Positions 39,004 through 49,303 of a stretch of DNA of 64,000 nucleotides are shown in pieces. The notes beneath the pieces were generated by a model. That model was not told the origin of the DNA and did not search any database. It saw only the letters and a program-made list of their open reading frames with translations. The stretch lies in NCBI GenBank assembly GCA_963667845.2, contig CAXXVL010000002.1, positions 2,784,001-2,848,000 of the forward strand, written 5' to 3'. Within the stretch, counting starts at the first letter, position 1; every line of letters starts with the position of its first letter. Both the position numbers and the translations under genes were made by a program. This DNA is from Smithellaceae bacterium. Its GTDB lineage: Bacteria > Desulfobacterota > Syntrophia > Syntrophales > Smithellaceae.

Positions 39004-40089
39004 ATGATCAGCGTGCAGCATTTATCCAAGCACTTTGGCGATCTGGTCGTTCTGAAGGACGTGAACGTTGAAATCAACAAAGGTGAAGTCATCTCGATCA
39101 TCGGGCCGTCCGGGAGCGGCAAAAGCACGCTGTTGCGCTGCATGAACCTGCTGGAGATGCCCAGCGGCGGCGAAGTCATCATTGACGGAATTAACCTTCT
39201 TGATCGTGAGACCGATGTTTACAAGCTGCGCCAGCGGATGGGGATGGTTTTTCAGTCCTTTAATTTGTTTTCGCATTTTATGGTGATCGAAAACATCATG
39301 CTCGGGCCGATCAATCTCTTAAAGATGAGTCGAAAGGAAGCATTTGATGAAGCAATGAAGCTTTTGACGATGGTCGGGCTTGCCGAAAAGGCGTATGCGT
39401 ATCCCGATGAACTGTCGGGCGGTCAGAAGCAGAGGGTTGCCATTGCCAGGACCCTGGCCATGAAACCGGAGATCGTGTTGTTCGACGAGCCGACGTCTGC
39501 GCTCGATCCGACCATGATCAGCGAAGTGCTGGCGGTTATCCGCAAACTCGCCCTGGACGGCATGACGATGATGATCGTCACCCACGAAATGAAGTTTGCC
39601 CGGGATGTTTCAAAACGTGTTTTGTATATGGATGAGGGAATTATCTTTGAAGAGGGCACGCCCCGGCAGATCTTTGAACATCCGCAGAGGGACAAGACGC
39701 GTGCATTTATCCACCGGATCAGGACATTTACGTTTGACATCCGGTCCAGAACGTTTGACCTCTATAGTCTCAATGCCGGTGTTGAGCTTTTCTGCCGCAA
39801 GCAATTCCTTCCTGAAAAACAGATCTTCAATATTCAGCTCGTCCTTGAGGAGCTGATTATGAACAAACTGCTCCCGTGGAGCGGTGAATCTATTGATATG
39901 AGCGTCACCGTCGGTTATTCCGAAGAACACGACGCGATCGATTTGACACTCGTCTATGCGGGTGAGGTCTACAATCCTTTTGCCGACGAAGGTGCGGACG
40001 ATCTTCCCATGATGATTGTCAACAATCTGGTGAAGAAGGAAGTGCATTCCATGGAAGAAGGTAAAAACAAACTGAGATTAAGCCTGTAA
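39004..40089 (+). CDS. GlnQ-like ABC ATPase with C-terminal RsbW/HATPase_c_2-like extension
   Basis: [25 protein letters not shown] and VTHE; about 120 extra C-terminal aa. Confidence 0.92.
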   Translation: MISVQHLSKHFGDLVVLKDVNVEINKGEVISIIGPSGSGKSTLLRCMNLLEMPSGGEVIIDGINLLDRETDVYKLRQRMGMVFQSFNLFSHFMVIENIMLGPINLLKMSRKEAFDEAMKLLTMVGLAEKAYAYPDELSGGQKQRVAIARTLAMKPEIVLFDEPTSALDPTMISEVLAVIRKLALDGMTMMIVTHEMKFARDVSKRVLYMDEGIIFEEGTPRQIFEHPQRDKTRAFIHRIRTFTFDIRSRTFDLYSLNAGVELFCRKQFLPEKQIFNIQLVLEELIMNKLLPWSGESIDMSVTVGYSEEHDAIDLTLVYAGEVYNPFADEGADDLPMMIVNNLVKKEVHSMEEGKNKLRLSL

Positions 40090-40271
40090 ACGCGACTCTC
40101 AGCCCTCAGCCTCGGGATTCTGACCCGGGATAATCCCGGTAATGGAATGCTTCATGCCTATCGGCCCTGCAGAAGAAATTAAAATTCTTACAATGTCATC
40201 CCTCGTTTCGAAGACTCACCATTGACTATGTTTTTGCAGTCATTAACATAGTTTTTATGAGAGGTGACGAT

Positions 40272-40763
40272 ATGAAAATTACATTCAAAAAGGATATCCT
40301 ATTGGCCGCAACCGGGATTCTGGCAATGGTACTTGTTACTGGGTGTGTTTTTTCGAGTAAGATCCTTAACAATGAACCGATTGGGAGCATTCCGGACAAA
40401 CCGTACGAGGACATCATTATTCTGTATACGCCCGACAGATTGCCGCTGGAGCCGGCTGCCGGTTATGTCTATATTGAACCCGACGGCAAGATCAAAACCG
40501 ACTTTGCACGCGAAGAATTTGTAAAAACTCTTAGTAAACTGGACAAATACGAACAGATCAATAGAAATAATATGGGCAAATTTGTCATCAGGGACAGCAA
40601 GGGGAAGGTTCGCGGCTACTATGAAATATTATTCGATTACCGGGTTAATATATGGGAAGAAGGGGATAACCTTCTTCTGCAAATTATTCTGCCCGATAAT
40701 AAAGGGATGAAGGATGACGACTTCGGCACGACAGGTCCCATGAACGGCGGCGGAGGTAGATAA
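40272..40763 (+). CDS. Hypothetical lipoprotein
   Basis: GAGGTG RBS; lipobox VTGC. Confidence 0.7.
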   Translation: MKITFKKDILLAATGILAMVLVTGCVFSSKILNNEPIGSIPDKPYEDIIILYTPDRLPLEPAAGYVYIEPDGKIKTDFAREEFVKTLSKLDKYEQINRNNMGKFVIRDSKGKVRGYYEILFDYRVNIWEEGDNLLLQIILPDNKGMKDDDFGTTGPMNGGGGR

Positions 40764-40796
40764 TCCGGTTCGTCGAACTTCATTGTTTCATGTAAA

Positions 40797-41828
40797 TCAG
40801 TCCGTTTTCTCCAGATTGCTGGCCCTGACGCCGATCAGCCTTACCCGCCGGCTCAGTTCCACACGCTTCAGACAAGCGAATGCCGTTTTCCGGATCGACT
40901 CCTCAGACGCCGTTGCGCATTCCAGAGAACAGGCCCGAGTCACGGTATGAAAATCATCAAACCTGATTTTCAGGGTCACCGTCCTGGCCGCATAACCGCT
41001 TTCCTGCATATCCGAAACGACCTCTTTTGTGAGCTCCGCGATGGTCCTGGCGATGATCTGCCAATCCCTGACATCTCTCTGAAAGGTTGTTTCTCTGCTC
41101 ATGGATTTTGGTTCCCAGTGCGTGACAAGCGGGCTTTCGTCAATGCCCCGTGCCGCTTCGTAAAGATATTGGCCATAGGAAACACCGAACTGTTGAATCA
41201 GGTTTTCAGCGGCCAGAGCGGCCAGTTGTCCGATGGTTTCAATTTTCATCGTCTTCAGGTGCTCTTCCGTCTTGGGACCGATGCCGTATAATTTTCGAAT
41301 GGCGAGCGGCCAGAGCTTCTCCTCGATGTCATTGCCGGTGAAAACGGTCAGCCCGTCAGGCTTCTTCATATCGGAGGCAATCTTGGCCAGAAGCTTATTC
41401 GGGGCGATGCCGATGGAACAGGTCAACCCCGTCTTTTCCAGGATGCCGCTCTTGATCTTCTGAACGATGGCCTCATTGTGATCGGGATGGTCCGTGATGT
41501 CCAGATAGGCTTCATCGATTCCAATGTCCTCCATGATCGTGGCGACGGTCAGAAGAACGCTTTTGAACGCGGCGGAGGCTGCAACGTAGGCCTGATAATC
41601 CACGGGGAGGAAAATGGCATGAGGACAAAGCTTGTGAGCGGTTTTCAAAGGCAGGGCGGAATGGATGCCGAATTTGCGGGCTTCGTAATTAGCGGTCGAG
41701 ACAACTCCTCTTTTTGATGGATCTCCGGTGCCGCCGATGACAACCGGTTTTCCCTTGAGTCCGGGATTTCGCTTTTCTTCGACGGCCGCAAAAAAAGCGT
41801 CCATGTCGATGTGTAAGATACGTCGCAT
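40797..41828 (-). CDS. dinB: DNA polymerase IV
   Basis: HIDMDAFFAAVE, STANYEAR, IDEAYLD, KPDG and GIGPKT. Confidence 0.95.
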   Translation of the reverse strand: MRRILHIDMDAFFAAVEEKRNPGLKGKPVVIGGTGDPSKRGVVSTANYEARKFGIHSALPLKTAHKLCPHAIFLPVDYQAYVAASAAFKSVLLTVATIMEDIGIDEAYLDITDHPDHNEAIVQKIKSGILEKTGLTCSIGIAPNKLLAKIASDMKKPDGLTVFTGNDIEEKLWPLAIRKLYGIGPKTEEHLKTMKIETIGQLAALAAENLIQQFGVSYGQYLYEAARGIDESPLVTHWEPKSMSRETTFQRDVRDWQIIARTIAELTKEVVSDMQESGYAARTVTLKIRFDDFHTVTRACSLECATASEESIRKTAFACLKRVELSRRVRLIGVRASNLEKTD

Positions 41829-42013
41829 GGAAAGTGGTATAGATAAAAAAAACGATTATTTCAAGGTTTAGGCAATAAACCTGTCTTCGTCTGTACTTAT
41901 AAAAGTTATTTCTTTTTTGAAGAAATAACTTATGCTAGATTCAAAATCAGATGGCGGGTGAATCCGGCGTGACTTTATGATGAAGCAATGTCCATAAAAT
42001 AGCGGAGGACGAA

Positions 42014-42622
42014 ATGAATCATTCGGAATCAATGATGTCCTCAGGCAGAATATCATCACTCTCCGACGGCGTTTTCGCCGTTGCGATGACGCTGCTGGTG
42101 GTTAACCTGAATATTCCGGAAAACATTCGTCTTTCCGATACCGAACTCCATGTCGTCCTGATGAATCAGACCTCCAGATTTTCCAACTATATCATCAGCT
42201 TTTTACTGACTGCTGTATTCTGGATCAGCCATCATCGTCAGCATCACTACATTAAGCGGACGGATACCGTCCACCTCTGGATTAATATCTTTATTTTGAT
42301 GTTTATTGTCCTTGTTCCTTTCTCCACATCGCTGACGGGCGACTACGGCGGGTCGACCACAGCGGAGGTATTTTTTGCAGGGAACATGATGATCGTTGGT
42401 TTGCTTTTCCGCGCCAACTGGGTTTACGCAATAAGAAATCATCGGTTGATTGAGACGAATACAAGCAAGGAAATCATCGCGGACGGCATGTGGCGGTGTT
42501 CTCTGTTTAATGTAATATCGCTGATGGCCGTGGTTTTTGCATTTGTTATTCCCAAGTGGAGTTCGCTGGCCTATCTGCTGTTCCCCGCCGGAATTTATCT
42601 CAGACACCTCGTTCGGAGCTGA
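42014..42622 (+). CDS. TMEM175-family (DUF1211) K+ channel-like membrane protein
   Basis: RISSLSDGVFAVAMTLLV, SF....FW..HH and VPFST. Confidence 0.88.
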   Translation: MNHSESMMSSGRISSLSDGVFAVAMTLLVVNLNIPENIRLSDTELHVVLMNQTSRFSNYIISFLLTAVFWISHHRQHHYIKRTDTVHLWINIFILMFIVLVPFSTSLTGDYGGSTTAEVFFAGNMMIVGLLFRANWVYAIRNHRLIETNTSKEIIADGMWRCSLFNVISLMAVVFAFVIPKWSSLAYLLFPAGIYLRHLVRS

Positions 42623-42677
42623 ATGTCCCTCGACCTGCGCGTATTATTTGATTGGGGATCGGACGATCCGATAGCCC

Positions 42678-43124
42678 TCAGCACTGATCTTCAATAGCCA
42701 TGATCTTGTCAATGCGCCGTTTATGGCGGTCGCCGGCAAATGTTGTGGACATGAATTTTTCGATCATTTCGGTCACCGGTACGACATATTTAATCCGGCC
42801 GCCGAAGGCGATGAAGTTGGCATCGTTGTGCGCCTTGGCCATTTCAGCAGTAAAAAGATCGGAGATAAGCGCGCAGCGAATCCCCTTGATCTTATTGGCC
42901 GCCATGGTGACGCCGATCCCCGTGCCGCAAAGCAAAACGCCGAATTCGTAACCCCCTTTTTTAAACTCGTTACAGGCGGTAACCGTCACGTCGGGGTAAT
43001 CCACCGAATCGGCGCTTCCGGCTCCCATCACCTTGACTTCATAATTTTTCTTTTGAAAAAAGCTGATAATCTCGTTCTTAAGATCAACAGCTCCATGATC
43101 ACAGGAAATCACGACTTTTTTCAT
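42678..43124 (-). CDS. rpiB: Ribose-5-phosphate isomerase B
   Basis: CDHG, DYPD, CGTGIG, ANKIKGIR, HNDAN and RHKRRI. Confidence 0.95.
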   Translation of the reverse strand: MKKVVISCDHGAVDLKNEIISFFQKKNYEVKVMGAGSADSVDYPDVTVTACNEFKKGGYEFGVLLCGTGIGVTMAANKIKGIRCALISDLFTAEMAKAHNDANFIAFGGRIKYVVPVTEMIEKFMSTTFAGDRHKRRIDKIMAIEDQC

Positions 43125-43247
43125 AATGATTCTCCGATAATAATGTCGGGTCTCAACAACCGCTGGAATTTAATCCTGCTCACGCGGGACGAGCGTTAAT
43201 TCTCCTCAGCTTGCTGCGAGGGAGTTGATTGCCCGCGACTGTTTTCC

Positions 43248-43276
43248 TTTTTGCATAATTACAAATTATGTCAACA
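43248..43276 (+). other. dif-like Xer recognition site upstream of xerD
   Basis: TTTTTGCATAA-TTACAAA-TTATGTCAACA compared with E. coli dif GGTGCGCATAA-TGTATA-TTATGTTAAAT. Confidence 0.5.
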
Positions 43277-43318
43277 AAAAAACTTTACTTCATGGTCATA
43301 TTTGCGTAAAAAACGTCC

Positions 43319-44206
43319 ATGCGCGAATTGTTGGATCGGTATTATAATCATCTTCTCATCGAAAAGGGAGCAGCCGGGAATACGCTCGAAGCCTACAGTC
43401 GGGATTTAAAGCGGTTTGTAACCTTTCTGGAAGAGAAGGGGTTATCCGATGTGCGCGCGGTCAGCTCCCAGCATGTTATCGATTTTCTTGTCCAAATCAA
43501 AGAGGAAGGATTATCCGCCAATTCCATGAATCGGTGTCTGGCGGCGCTCCGGGGATTTTATAAGTTTCTTTTGCAGGAAAAGGCGGTGGATGAGTCACCT
43601 CTCGCCCACATCGAACTCGCCAAGGTCTGGATGCGTCTGCCCGATACCGTGAGCAAAGAGGAGATGAATTCCATTTTGTCTCAACCCGGAGATCAGACGC
43701 CCGCGGCGATGAGAGACACTGCGATGCTGGAGCTGCTTTACGCCACGGGTTTGCGTGTATCAGAGCTCGCCTCGCTGACGATGAACAGTTTCAACTGGCA
43801 GGTCGGTTTTCTGGTGGTCATGGGGAAGGGCAGCAAGGAAAGGGTTGTCCCCGTCGGCAAAACTGCTTATGATTGCGTGCGACGTTATGTGGATGAGGCG
43901 AGGCCGAAGCTTGTGAAATCAAAAACGACCGATGTACTATTCCTGAATCGTTTCGGAGGGGCGTTTACGCGACAGGGGCTCTGGAAATTGATCATCCGCT
44001 ACGCGCAAAAAGCGGGCTTGCAAAAAAATGTTCATCCGCATACATTCCGTCATTCCTTCGCGTCTCATCTTCTGGAGGGAGGAGCGGATTTGCGTGCCGT
44101 GCAGGTGATGCTGGGACATTCCGACATTTCAACCACGCAGATCTATACGCATGTTACCAGAGAGCGGCTGAAGGAGATTCATCGGAAATATCATCCAAGG
44201 GGTTAA
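43319..44206 (+). CDS. xerD: Site-specific tyrosine recombinase XerD
   Basis: NTLEAY.RDL, YATGLRVSEL, GKGSKER, PHTFRHSFASHLL, LGHSDISTTQIYTHV and HPRG. Confidence 0.93.
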   Translation: MRELLDRYYNHLLIEKGAAGNTLEAYSRDLKRFVTFLEEKGLSDVRAVSSQHVIDFLVQIKEEGLSANSMNRCLAALRGFYKFLLQEKAVDESPLAHIELAKVWMRLPDTVSKEEMNSILSQPGDQTPAAMRDTAMLELLYATGLRVSELASLTMNSFNWQVGFLVVMGKGSKERVVPVGKTAYDCVRRYVDEARPKLVKSKTTDVLFLNRFGGAFTRQGLWKLIIRYAQKAGLQKNVHPHTFRHSFASHLLEGGADLRAVQVMLGHSDISTTQIYTHVTRERLKEIHRKYHPRG

Positions 44207-44213
44207 ACGGAGT

Positions 44214-46190
44214 ATGCGAAAAACTGCCCGAACGGGGCCGCGGTCTAACAGAATGCTCATTACGGTGATGGTGATTGCGGGGGTTGCCATTCTGCTCCTG
44301 TCATCGTTGATTTATTTTCAACCGCGGTTTTTGCGGTCGACGACGCTTGCCGCAAACCGGGTTAAAAATGCCCTGGGTTATTATGTATTCAATAATGCCC
44401 CCCGGTTCTATTACTTACAGCTGGAAAAGAACGGCAAGGATGTCCGTGTGGACGCCGGCGAAACATTGGAGATTACGTATCGTGATGAATTTGTCATCAA
44501 AGAACTGGCAAGTGATGATCTCACGGGAAAATATATGACGGCGACGCTGGAAGGGACGGGACGGGACAAAAATCATGTGGGCGTCCTTTTTCGCGGCCTG
44601 GACTTGGTGAACCGTATCATGCAGAGCGATGCCATGGCAAAAGACACACAGGCCGTCAATGTCTATCGGATCGCCGTCCACTATAAAAAAGAGAGGATCG
44701 GTGTTATCCCGATACGCGTCGTAATCACGCCGCAAGATTGGCTTCGGTTTGCAAAAGAGTCGAGCAATGTCAACGTTCAAATTGAATATCTGAAAAAGGC
44801 CATTGCCCAAAACAGCGAAGACGTCGGTGTGCGCAAGATCCTGGCCGGCATTTATCTCAGGCATAACCGCGTGGATGAGGCGGCGGCGCTTTATGCGGAG
44901 GTTCTTAACATCAAGCCCGATGATGCCGGGGCGATGAAAGAACTGGCGCGTTGTCATCTCCAAAGCAGGCGCAATGATCAGGCCGTTAACGTCCTGTCGG
45001 GCCTGATAAAAATGCAACCGCAGGATGCGGAAGCCTATGCCATGCTGGGTCTCGCCTTCGGCCAGAAAAATCAATGGGACACGGCAGCCGGATATTTCGG
45101 TCAATCGATTAAGCTGGATCCCGCCAATCATGCAGTGAGACTGCTCCTGGCCCAGGCTTATGAAAAGGCCCGGAAAACGAATGCCGCGATCGAACAATAT
45201 CGATACCTTACCGGACATGCTGAAGATACGCATTTGGCCTGGCGCGCGCTGGGAGACATTTATCTCGGGAAAAAAGACTATCGTCAGGCCATCGAGAGTT
45301 ATTTGCAGGTTATCAAGGATAGACCGAAAGACGCCGCGGCTTACGCCAATTTGGCCACAGCTTACGCAGGTCAGGGTAAGTCAAAAGAAGAAATGCAGAA
45401 TTTAAAGAAGGCCATTGAGTTGTCTCCGGACGACCCCGTTATCCGCTTCAATATGGCATCCGCTTACGAACGGCGGAAAATGACGGATGAAGCCGTCAGT
45501 GAATACCTGCAGGTCTTGAAAAAGAGCCCTGAGGATGCCGATACTCTGGAGCGCCTGGCCGGTCTGACCCTGAAGAATAAGAAATATGACCAGGCCGTTC
45601 GTTACCTTGAAAAGCTGAGCAGGAAATCTCCGCAAAAGGCGGCCACATTTGTCAACCTGGGATTTGCCTATGGCGAAATGAAGCAATATGCCCAATCGGC
45701 TGAAAGCTATGAGAAGGCTGTCAGGATGGGTGTTAAGGATCAGACGATTTATGCAAATCTTGCGTTTACCTATACGAGGCTGGGGAAAGACAGGGAAGCA
45801 GTCTTCTATTACGAAAAGATATCCCCGCAAAACAAGAAGACCCTGAGCATGGCGGCCAACTATTACCTGAAAGAAAAACGCTACGCAGAAGCCATAAAGA
45901 ATTATCAGAAAATTGCGAAACTCGAACCCAAAAAAGCCTCGTCCTATTCCAGTTTGGGATACGCCTATGCCGCCGCCAAAAATTGGGATAAGGCCATTGA
46001 CAGCTATTTAACCGCTTTGAAGTATGACCGGGAAGACGATGAAATATACGCCAATCTCGGCGACGCTTACGAAAAAAAAGGCCTTTACCCCGAAGCGCTG
46101 AAGGCTTATAAAAACGCCTATGAGATCAACCCCAATACGTGGGCGGCGCCGAGAATTCCGCATTTGCGTATTCAACTGCTGAAGAAATAA
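44214..46190 (+). CDS. Membrane-anchored TPR-repeat protein
   Basis: N-terminal TM helix followed by many TPR repeats. Confidence 0.9.
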   Translation: MRKTARTGPRSNRMLITVMVIAGVAILLLSSLIYFQPRFLRSTTLAANRVKNALGYYVFNNAPRFYYLQLEKNGKDVRVDAGETLEITYRDEFVIKELASDDLTGKYMTATLEGTGRDKNHVGVLFRGLDLVNRIMQSDAMAKDTQAVNVYRIAVHYKKERIGVIPIRVVITPQDWLRFAKESSNVNVQIEYLKKAIAQNSEDVGVRKILAGIYLRHNRVDEAAALYAEVLNIKPDDAGAMKELARCHLQSRRNDQAVNVLSGLIKMQPQDAEAYAMLGLAFGQKNQWDTAAGYFGQSIKLDPANHAVRLLLAQAYEKARKTNAAIEQYRYLTGHAEDTHLAWRALGDIYLGKKDYRQAIESYLQVIKDRPKDAAAYANLATAYAGQGKSKEEMQNLKKAIELSPDDPVIRFNMASAYERRKMTDEAVSEYLQVLKKSPEDADTLERLAGLTLKNKKYDQAVRYLEKLSRKSPQKAATFVNLGFAYGEMKQYAQSAESYEKAVRMGVKDQTIYANLAFTYTRLGKDREAVFYYEKISPQNKKTLSMAANYYLKEKRYAEAIKNYQKIAKLEPKKASSYSSLGYAYAAAKNWDKAIDSYLTALKYDREDDEIYANLGDAYEKKGLYPEALKAYKNAYEINPNTWAAPRIPHLRIQLLKK

Positions 46191-46211
46191 AATGAGGAGC
46201 AGGAGCAATCC

Positions 46212-47036
46212 ATGAAACAAGTGAAACTCAATAACCTGGCTTTCGGCGATCAGGCCGGATTCGTTCTCATCGCAGGTCCCTGTGTCATTGAAGATGAAGC
46301 GGCGGCGGCGGAGATAGCATCGTACCTGAAGCAACTCACGGCGAAGTTAAAAATTCCTTTCGTTTTTAAAGCCTCCTACGATAAGGCCAACCGGACATCG
46401 ATCAAGTCTTACCGGGGACCGGGACTGGAAGCCGGCTTGAAAATTTTGAAGAACATCAAAGAAAAAATCGGTGTACCCGTTCTTTCAGACGTGCACCGGT
46501 TTGAAGAAATTGACCGGGCCGCCGAGATTCTGGATGTGATGCAGGTTCCCGCCTTTCTGTGCCGTCAGACGGATTTTGTCGTGGAAATCGCGAAAAAGGC
46601 TAAAATCGTCAACGTCAAAAAAGGGCAGTTCCTGGCGCCCTGGGATGTTGCAAATATTATTGAGAAGATCAAATCGGCCGGCAATGACAACATCCTGATC
46701 ACGGAGCGAGGCGCTTCCTTCGGCTATAATAATCTGGTGTTTGATGTGCGGGCCCTGCCGATCATGAGGAAGATGGGCTATCCGGTGATTTTCGATGCGA
46801 CACATTCGGTGCAGTTGCCCGGTGGTGCAGGTACCGCTTCCGGCGGTGAACGAGACATGGTGCAGTTTCTGGCGCGCGCGGCCGTGGCGGCCGGGGTGGA
46901 TGGCATTTTTATGGAAGTCCACCCCGATCCGGAAAAAGCGCTCTGCGACGGCGCCAATTCGCTTTACCTGAATTCTCTGGAAGAGATGCTGACAACGTTG
47001 AAGCAAATTGATGAGACCGTAAGAGAGGACTATTAG
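46212..47036 (+). CDS. kdsA: KDO 8-phosphate synthase
   Basis: IAGPCVIE, KASYDKANRTS, PAFLCRQTD, KKGQF and DATHSVQ. Confidence 0.97.
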   Translation: MKQVKLNNLAFGDQAGFVLIAGPCVIEDEAAAAEIASYLKQLTAKLKIPFVFKASYDKANRTSIKSYRGPGLEAGLKILKNIKEKIGVPVLSDVHRFEEIDRAAEILDVMQVPAFLCRQTDFVVEIAKKAKIVNVKKGQFLAPWDVANIIEKIKSAGNDNILITERGASFGYNNLVFDVRALPIMRKMGYPVIFDATHSVQLPGGAGTASGGERDMVQFLARAAVAAGVDGIFMEVHPDPEKALCDGANSLYLNSLEEMLTTLKQIDETVREDY

Positions 47037-47090
47037 GCTGTAGGCTTAGGCCGTGGGCGAATGAACTATGAACTGAAACCAAGAGGGCTG

Positions 47091-47630
47091 ATGGAAAAGA
47101 ATATTATAGAAAAACTGAAAAAGATAAAGATGCTGATTCTGGATGTGGACGGAGTGATGACCGACGGCGGAATCATTATGGATAAAGACGGCTGCGAAAT
47201 GAAGCAATTCAATGTCCGGGACGGCCACGGCCTGATCATGCTTGAGCGATATGGGATCAAGGTTGCCATTCTTACGGGTCGCACATCAGCCGTCGTTGAG
47301 CACCGGGCGCGTGATTTAAAGATTACGGAAATTTATCAAGGGGCCTTGAATAAAAAAGAAATATTCGCACAGATTCTCAGGAAAAACAATTTGACTCCGG
47401 ACGTCATCGCCTATCTGGGTGATGACATCGTGGACATTCCTGTGCTGAAAATGGTTGGATTCCCCGCGACAGTAGCGGATGCCGTGGAGATCGTAAAAAA
47501 GACGGTGGATTACGTTACCATTCATAAGGGCGGGCAGGGAGCAGTGAGAGAAGTTTGTGAAATGCTGCTCATGGCCCAAGGATATTGGTCCCAGGTCGCG
47601 GACCGTTATGAATTTGCGGATCTCGTGTAA
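47091..47630 (+). CDS. kdsC: KDO 8-phosphate phosphatase
   Basis: DVDGVMTDG, RDGHG, GDDIVD and GGQGAVRE. Confidence 0.95.
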   Translation: MEKNIIEKLKKIKMLILDVDGVMTDGGIIMDKDGCEMKQFNVRDGHGLIMLERYGIKVAILTGRTSAVVEHRARDLKITEIYQGALNKKEIFAQILRKNNLTPDVIAYLGDDIVDIPVLKMVGFPATVADAVEIVKKTVDYVTIHKGGQGAVREVCEMLLMAQGYWSQVADRYEFADLV

Positions 47631-47669
47631 CCTTGCGACTCAATCACAAACCGATGTTGTGGTATTGAT

Positions 47670-47999
47670 ATGGAAATGATGTTTGCGTGGGTCTACCTGC
47701 TCATTGCCGGCCTGCTGGAAATAGGCTGGCCGCTGGGCTTCAAGCTGTCTCAAGCCACCTCGTATCGTATAACTTTTATCTTGATGGCCGTGGTCTGTAT
47801 GGCGCTAAGCGGGCTGTTTCTCTGGCTGGCGCAGCGGTCCATTCCGATCGGAACCGCTTATGCCGTCTGGACGGGAATCGGCGCGGCAGGGACTTTTTTG
47901 ATCGGTGTTCTGGCTTTTAATGATTCGGCGGCGATGATGAGAATCTTGTCTTTTCTGCTCATTGCGGCCGGCGTTATCGGCCTTAAAATTTCCGGCTAG
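47670..47999 (+). CDS. SMR-family (SugE/Gdx-like) small multidrug transporter
   Basis: AGLLEIGW and IPIGTAYAVWTGIG; 4 TM helices. Confidence 0.9.
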   Translation: MEMMFAWVYLLIAGLLEIGWPLGFKLSQATSYRITFILMAVVCMALSGLFLWLAQRSIPIGTAYAVWTGIGAAGTFLIGVLAFNDSAAMMRILSFLLIAAGVIGLKISG

Positions 48000-48149
48000 C
48001 TGCCATCCCGACCTGCCGTAATTTCTCTGTGATCGGCGGATTTATCGTGAGTAAATCGCTTGTCCCTGAATAGCTTTACAGAGACGATGGCGAATGGTAT
48101 AAAGAATCCACACGCGCCTGGAAATTAGCCCTGGCAGGCATGAGGAAAG

Positions 48150-48704
48150 ATGAAACTGAGTAAAAAAGCAAAAATAATTACGATCATTCTCATCGTTTCC
48201 GTGCTGGCCGCAGCGGTTATTTTCGCTATTATACAGGTAACCGGAGGAAAAAAGGCAAATATCATAAAAATATTGCCCAATGAAGCGGATGTTCGGATAC
48301 AGGATTTTGTTTATACGGAAGTCGGTCAGGACATGATCCGCTGGGAAGTGAAAGCAAAAAGCGCGCAATATCAAAAAAAGCTGAATCTTGCTCTGTTCGA
48401 TCAGGTTCAGATAAAATTGACCACGAAAGATGGCAAGATATTTACAATGAAGGGTGATAAAGGTGAGATGCTGACGGATAAAAAGGATGTTGAAATAAAA
48501 GGACATGTGCTGATTACATCCAATGAAGGTGATCAGTTTACGACTGATTACCTGAAGTACAGCGATGCTCAAAAAAGAATCTACACCGATGCTCCCGTTG
48601 CCATGGAAAGCAAACGAATCAAAATGCGGGGAGTCGGCTTGTCTATTCTCATGAACAAAGGAGAACTGACGGTTGCTTCCGGTGTGAAAGCTGAAATTAA
48701 TTGA
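48150..48704 (+). CDS. lptC: LPS export protein LptC
   Basis: N-terminal TM plus beta-jellyroll pattern; position before lptA/lptB. Confidence 0.85.
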   Translation: MKLSKKAKIITIILIVSVLAAAVIFAIIQVTGGKKANIIKILPNEADVRIQDFVYTEVGQDMIRWEVKAKSAQYQKKLNLALFDQVQIKLTTKDGKIFTMKGDKGEMLTDKKDVEIKGHVLITSNEGDQFTTDYLKYSDAQKRIYTDAPVAMESKRIKMRGVGLSILMNKGELTVASGVKAEIN

Positions 48705-48715
48705 TCGGACGTGAT

Positions 48716-49270
48716 ATGAATACAAAGAAAATGTATATAGCTGTTTTGTTCATTCTGTTCGCAGTGAGTTCGAATGCCATGGCCCAGATGGGTTTTGACC
48801 AAAAGAGCTTGATGCGTAAGGGTGCACCCATTGAGATTGTATCAGACAAGATGGAAGCATTTCAGGAAAAAAGGATGATCGTTTTTTCGGGAAACGCCGT
48901 TGCAACGCAGGGCGATGTCAGCATCAAGACGGATAACATCACGGTTTATTATAAGAAATCAAATGGTAAGAAAGAAAAAATCGGAAAGCAGGAAGTCGAA
49001 GTGGCAGGCGATCTCGACAAAATCGAGTTGAAAGGTCATGTCAGCATTTCGCAAAAAGATATGTCGGCAAAGGGTGATGAAGCTGTTTATTATCAGGACA
49101 GCGGACAATTCATTATGACGGGAAATCCCGTTTTACAGCAGGGCAAGAATATTATTAAAGGCTGCCGGGTCGTTATTTACGCAAATGAAAATCGCGGGAA
49201 GGTCGAGCAATGTGCGGCGGAGAATTCAGGACGGGTCACGGCAATCATTCAACCTCAGGATAAAAAATAG
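48716..49270 (+). CDS. lptA: LPS transport periplasmic protein LptA
   Basis: Signal peptide; PIEIVSD, FSGNAVATQG, GNPVL and RVTAII; synteny. Confidence 0.88.
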   Translation: MNTKKMYIAVLFILFAVSSNAMAQMGFDQKSLMRKGAPIEIVSDKMEAFQEKRMIVFSGNAVATQGDVSIKTDNITVYYKKSNGKKEKIGKQEVEVAGDLDKIELKGHVSISQKDMSAKGDEAVYYQDSGQFIMTGNPVLQQGKNIIKGCRVVIYANENRGKVEQCAAENSGRVTAIIQPQDKK

Positions 49271-49303
49271 ACAGGCTGACATCAAAGAGCTGATGGATAA
49301 AAG

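Noticed and set aside
41829..42013. LexA box upstream of dinB
   Set aside because: No match to LexA motifs that I can support by eye.
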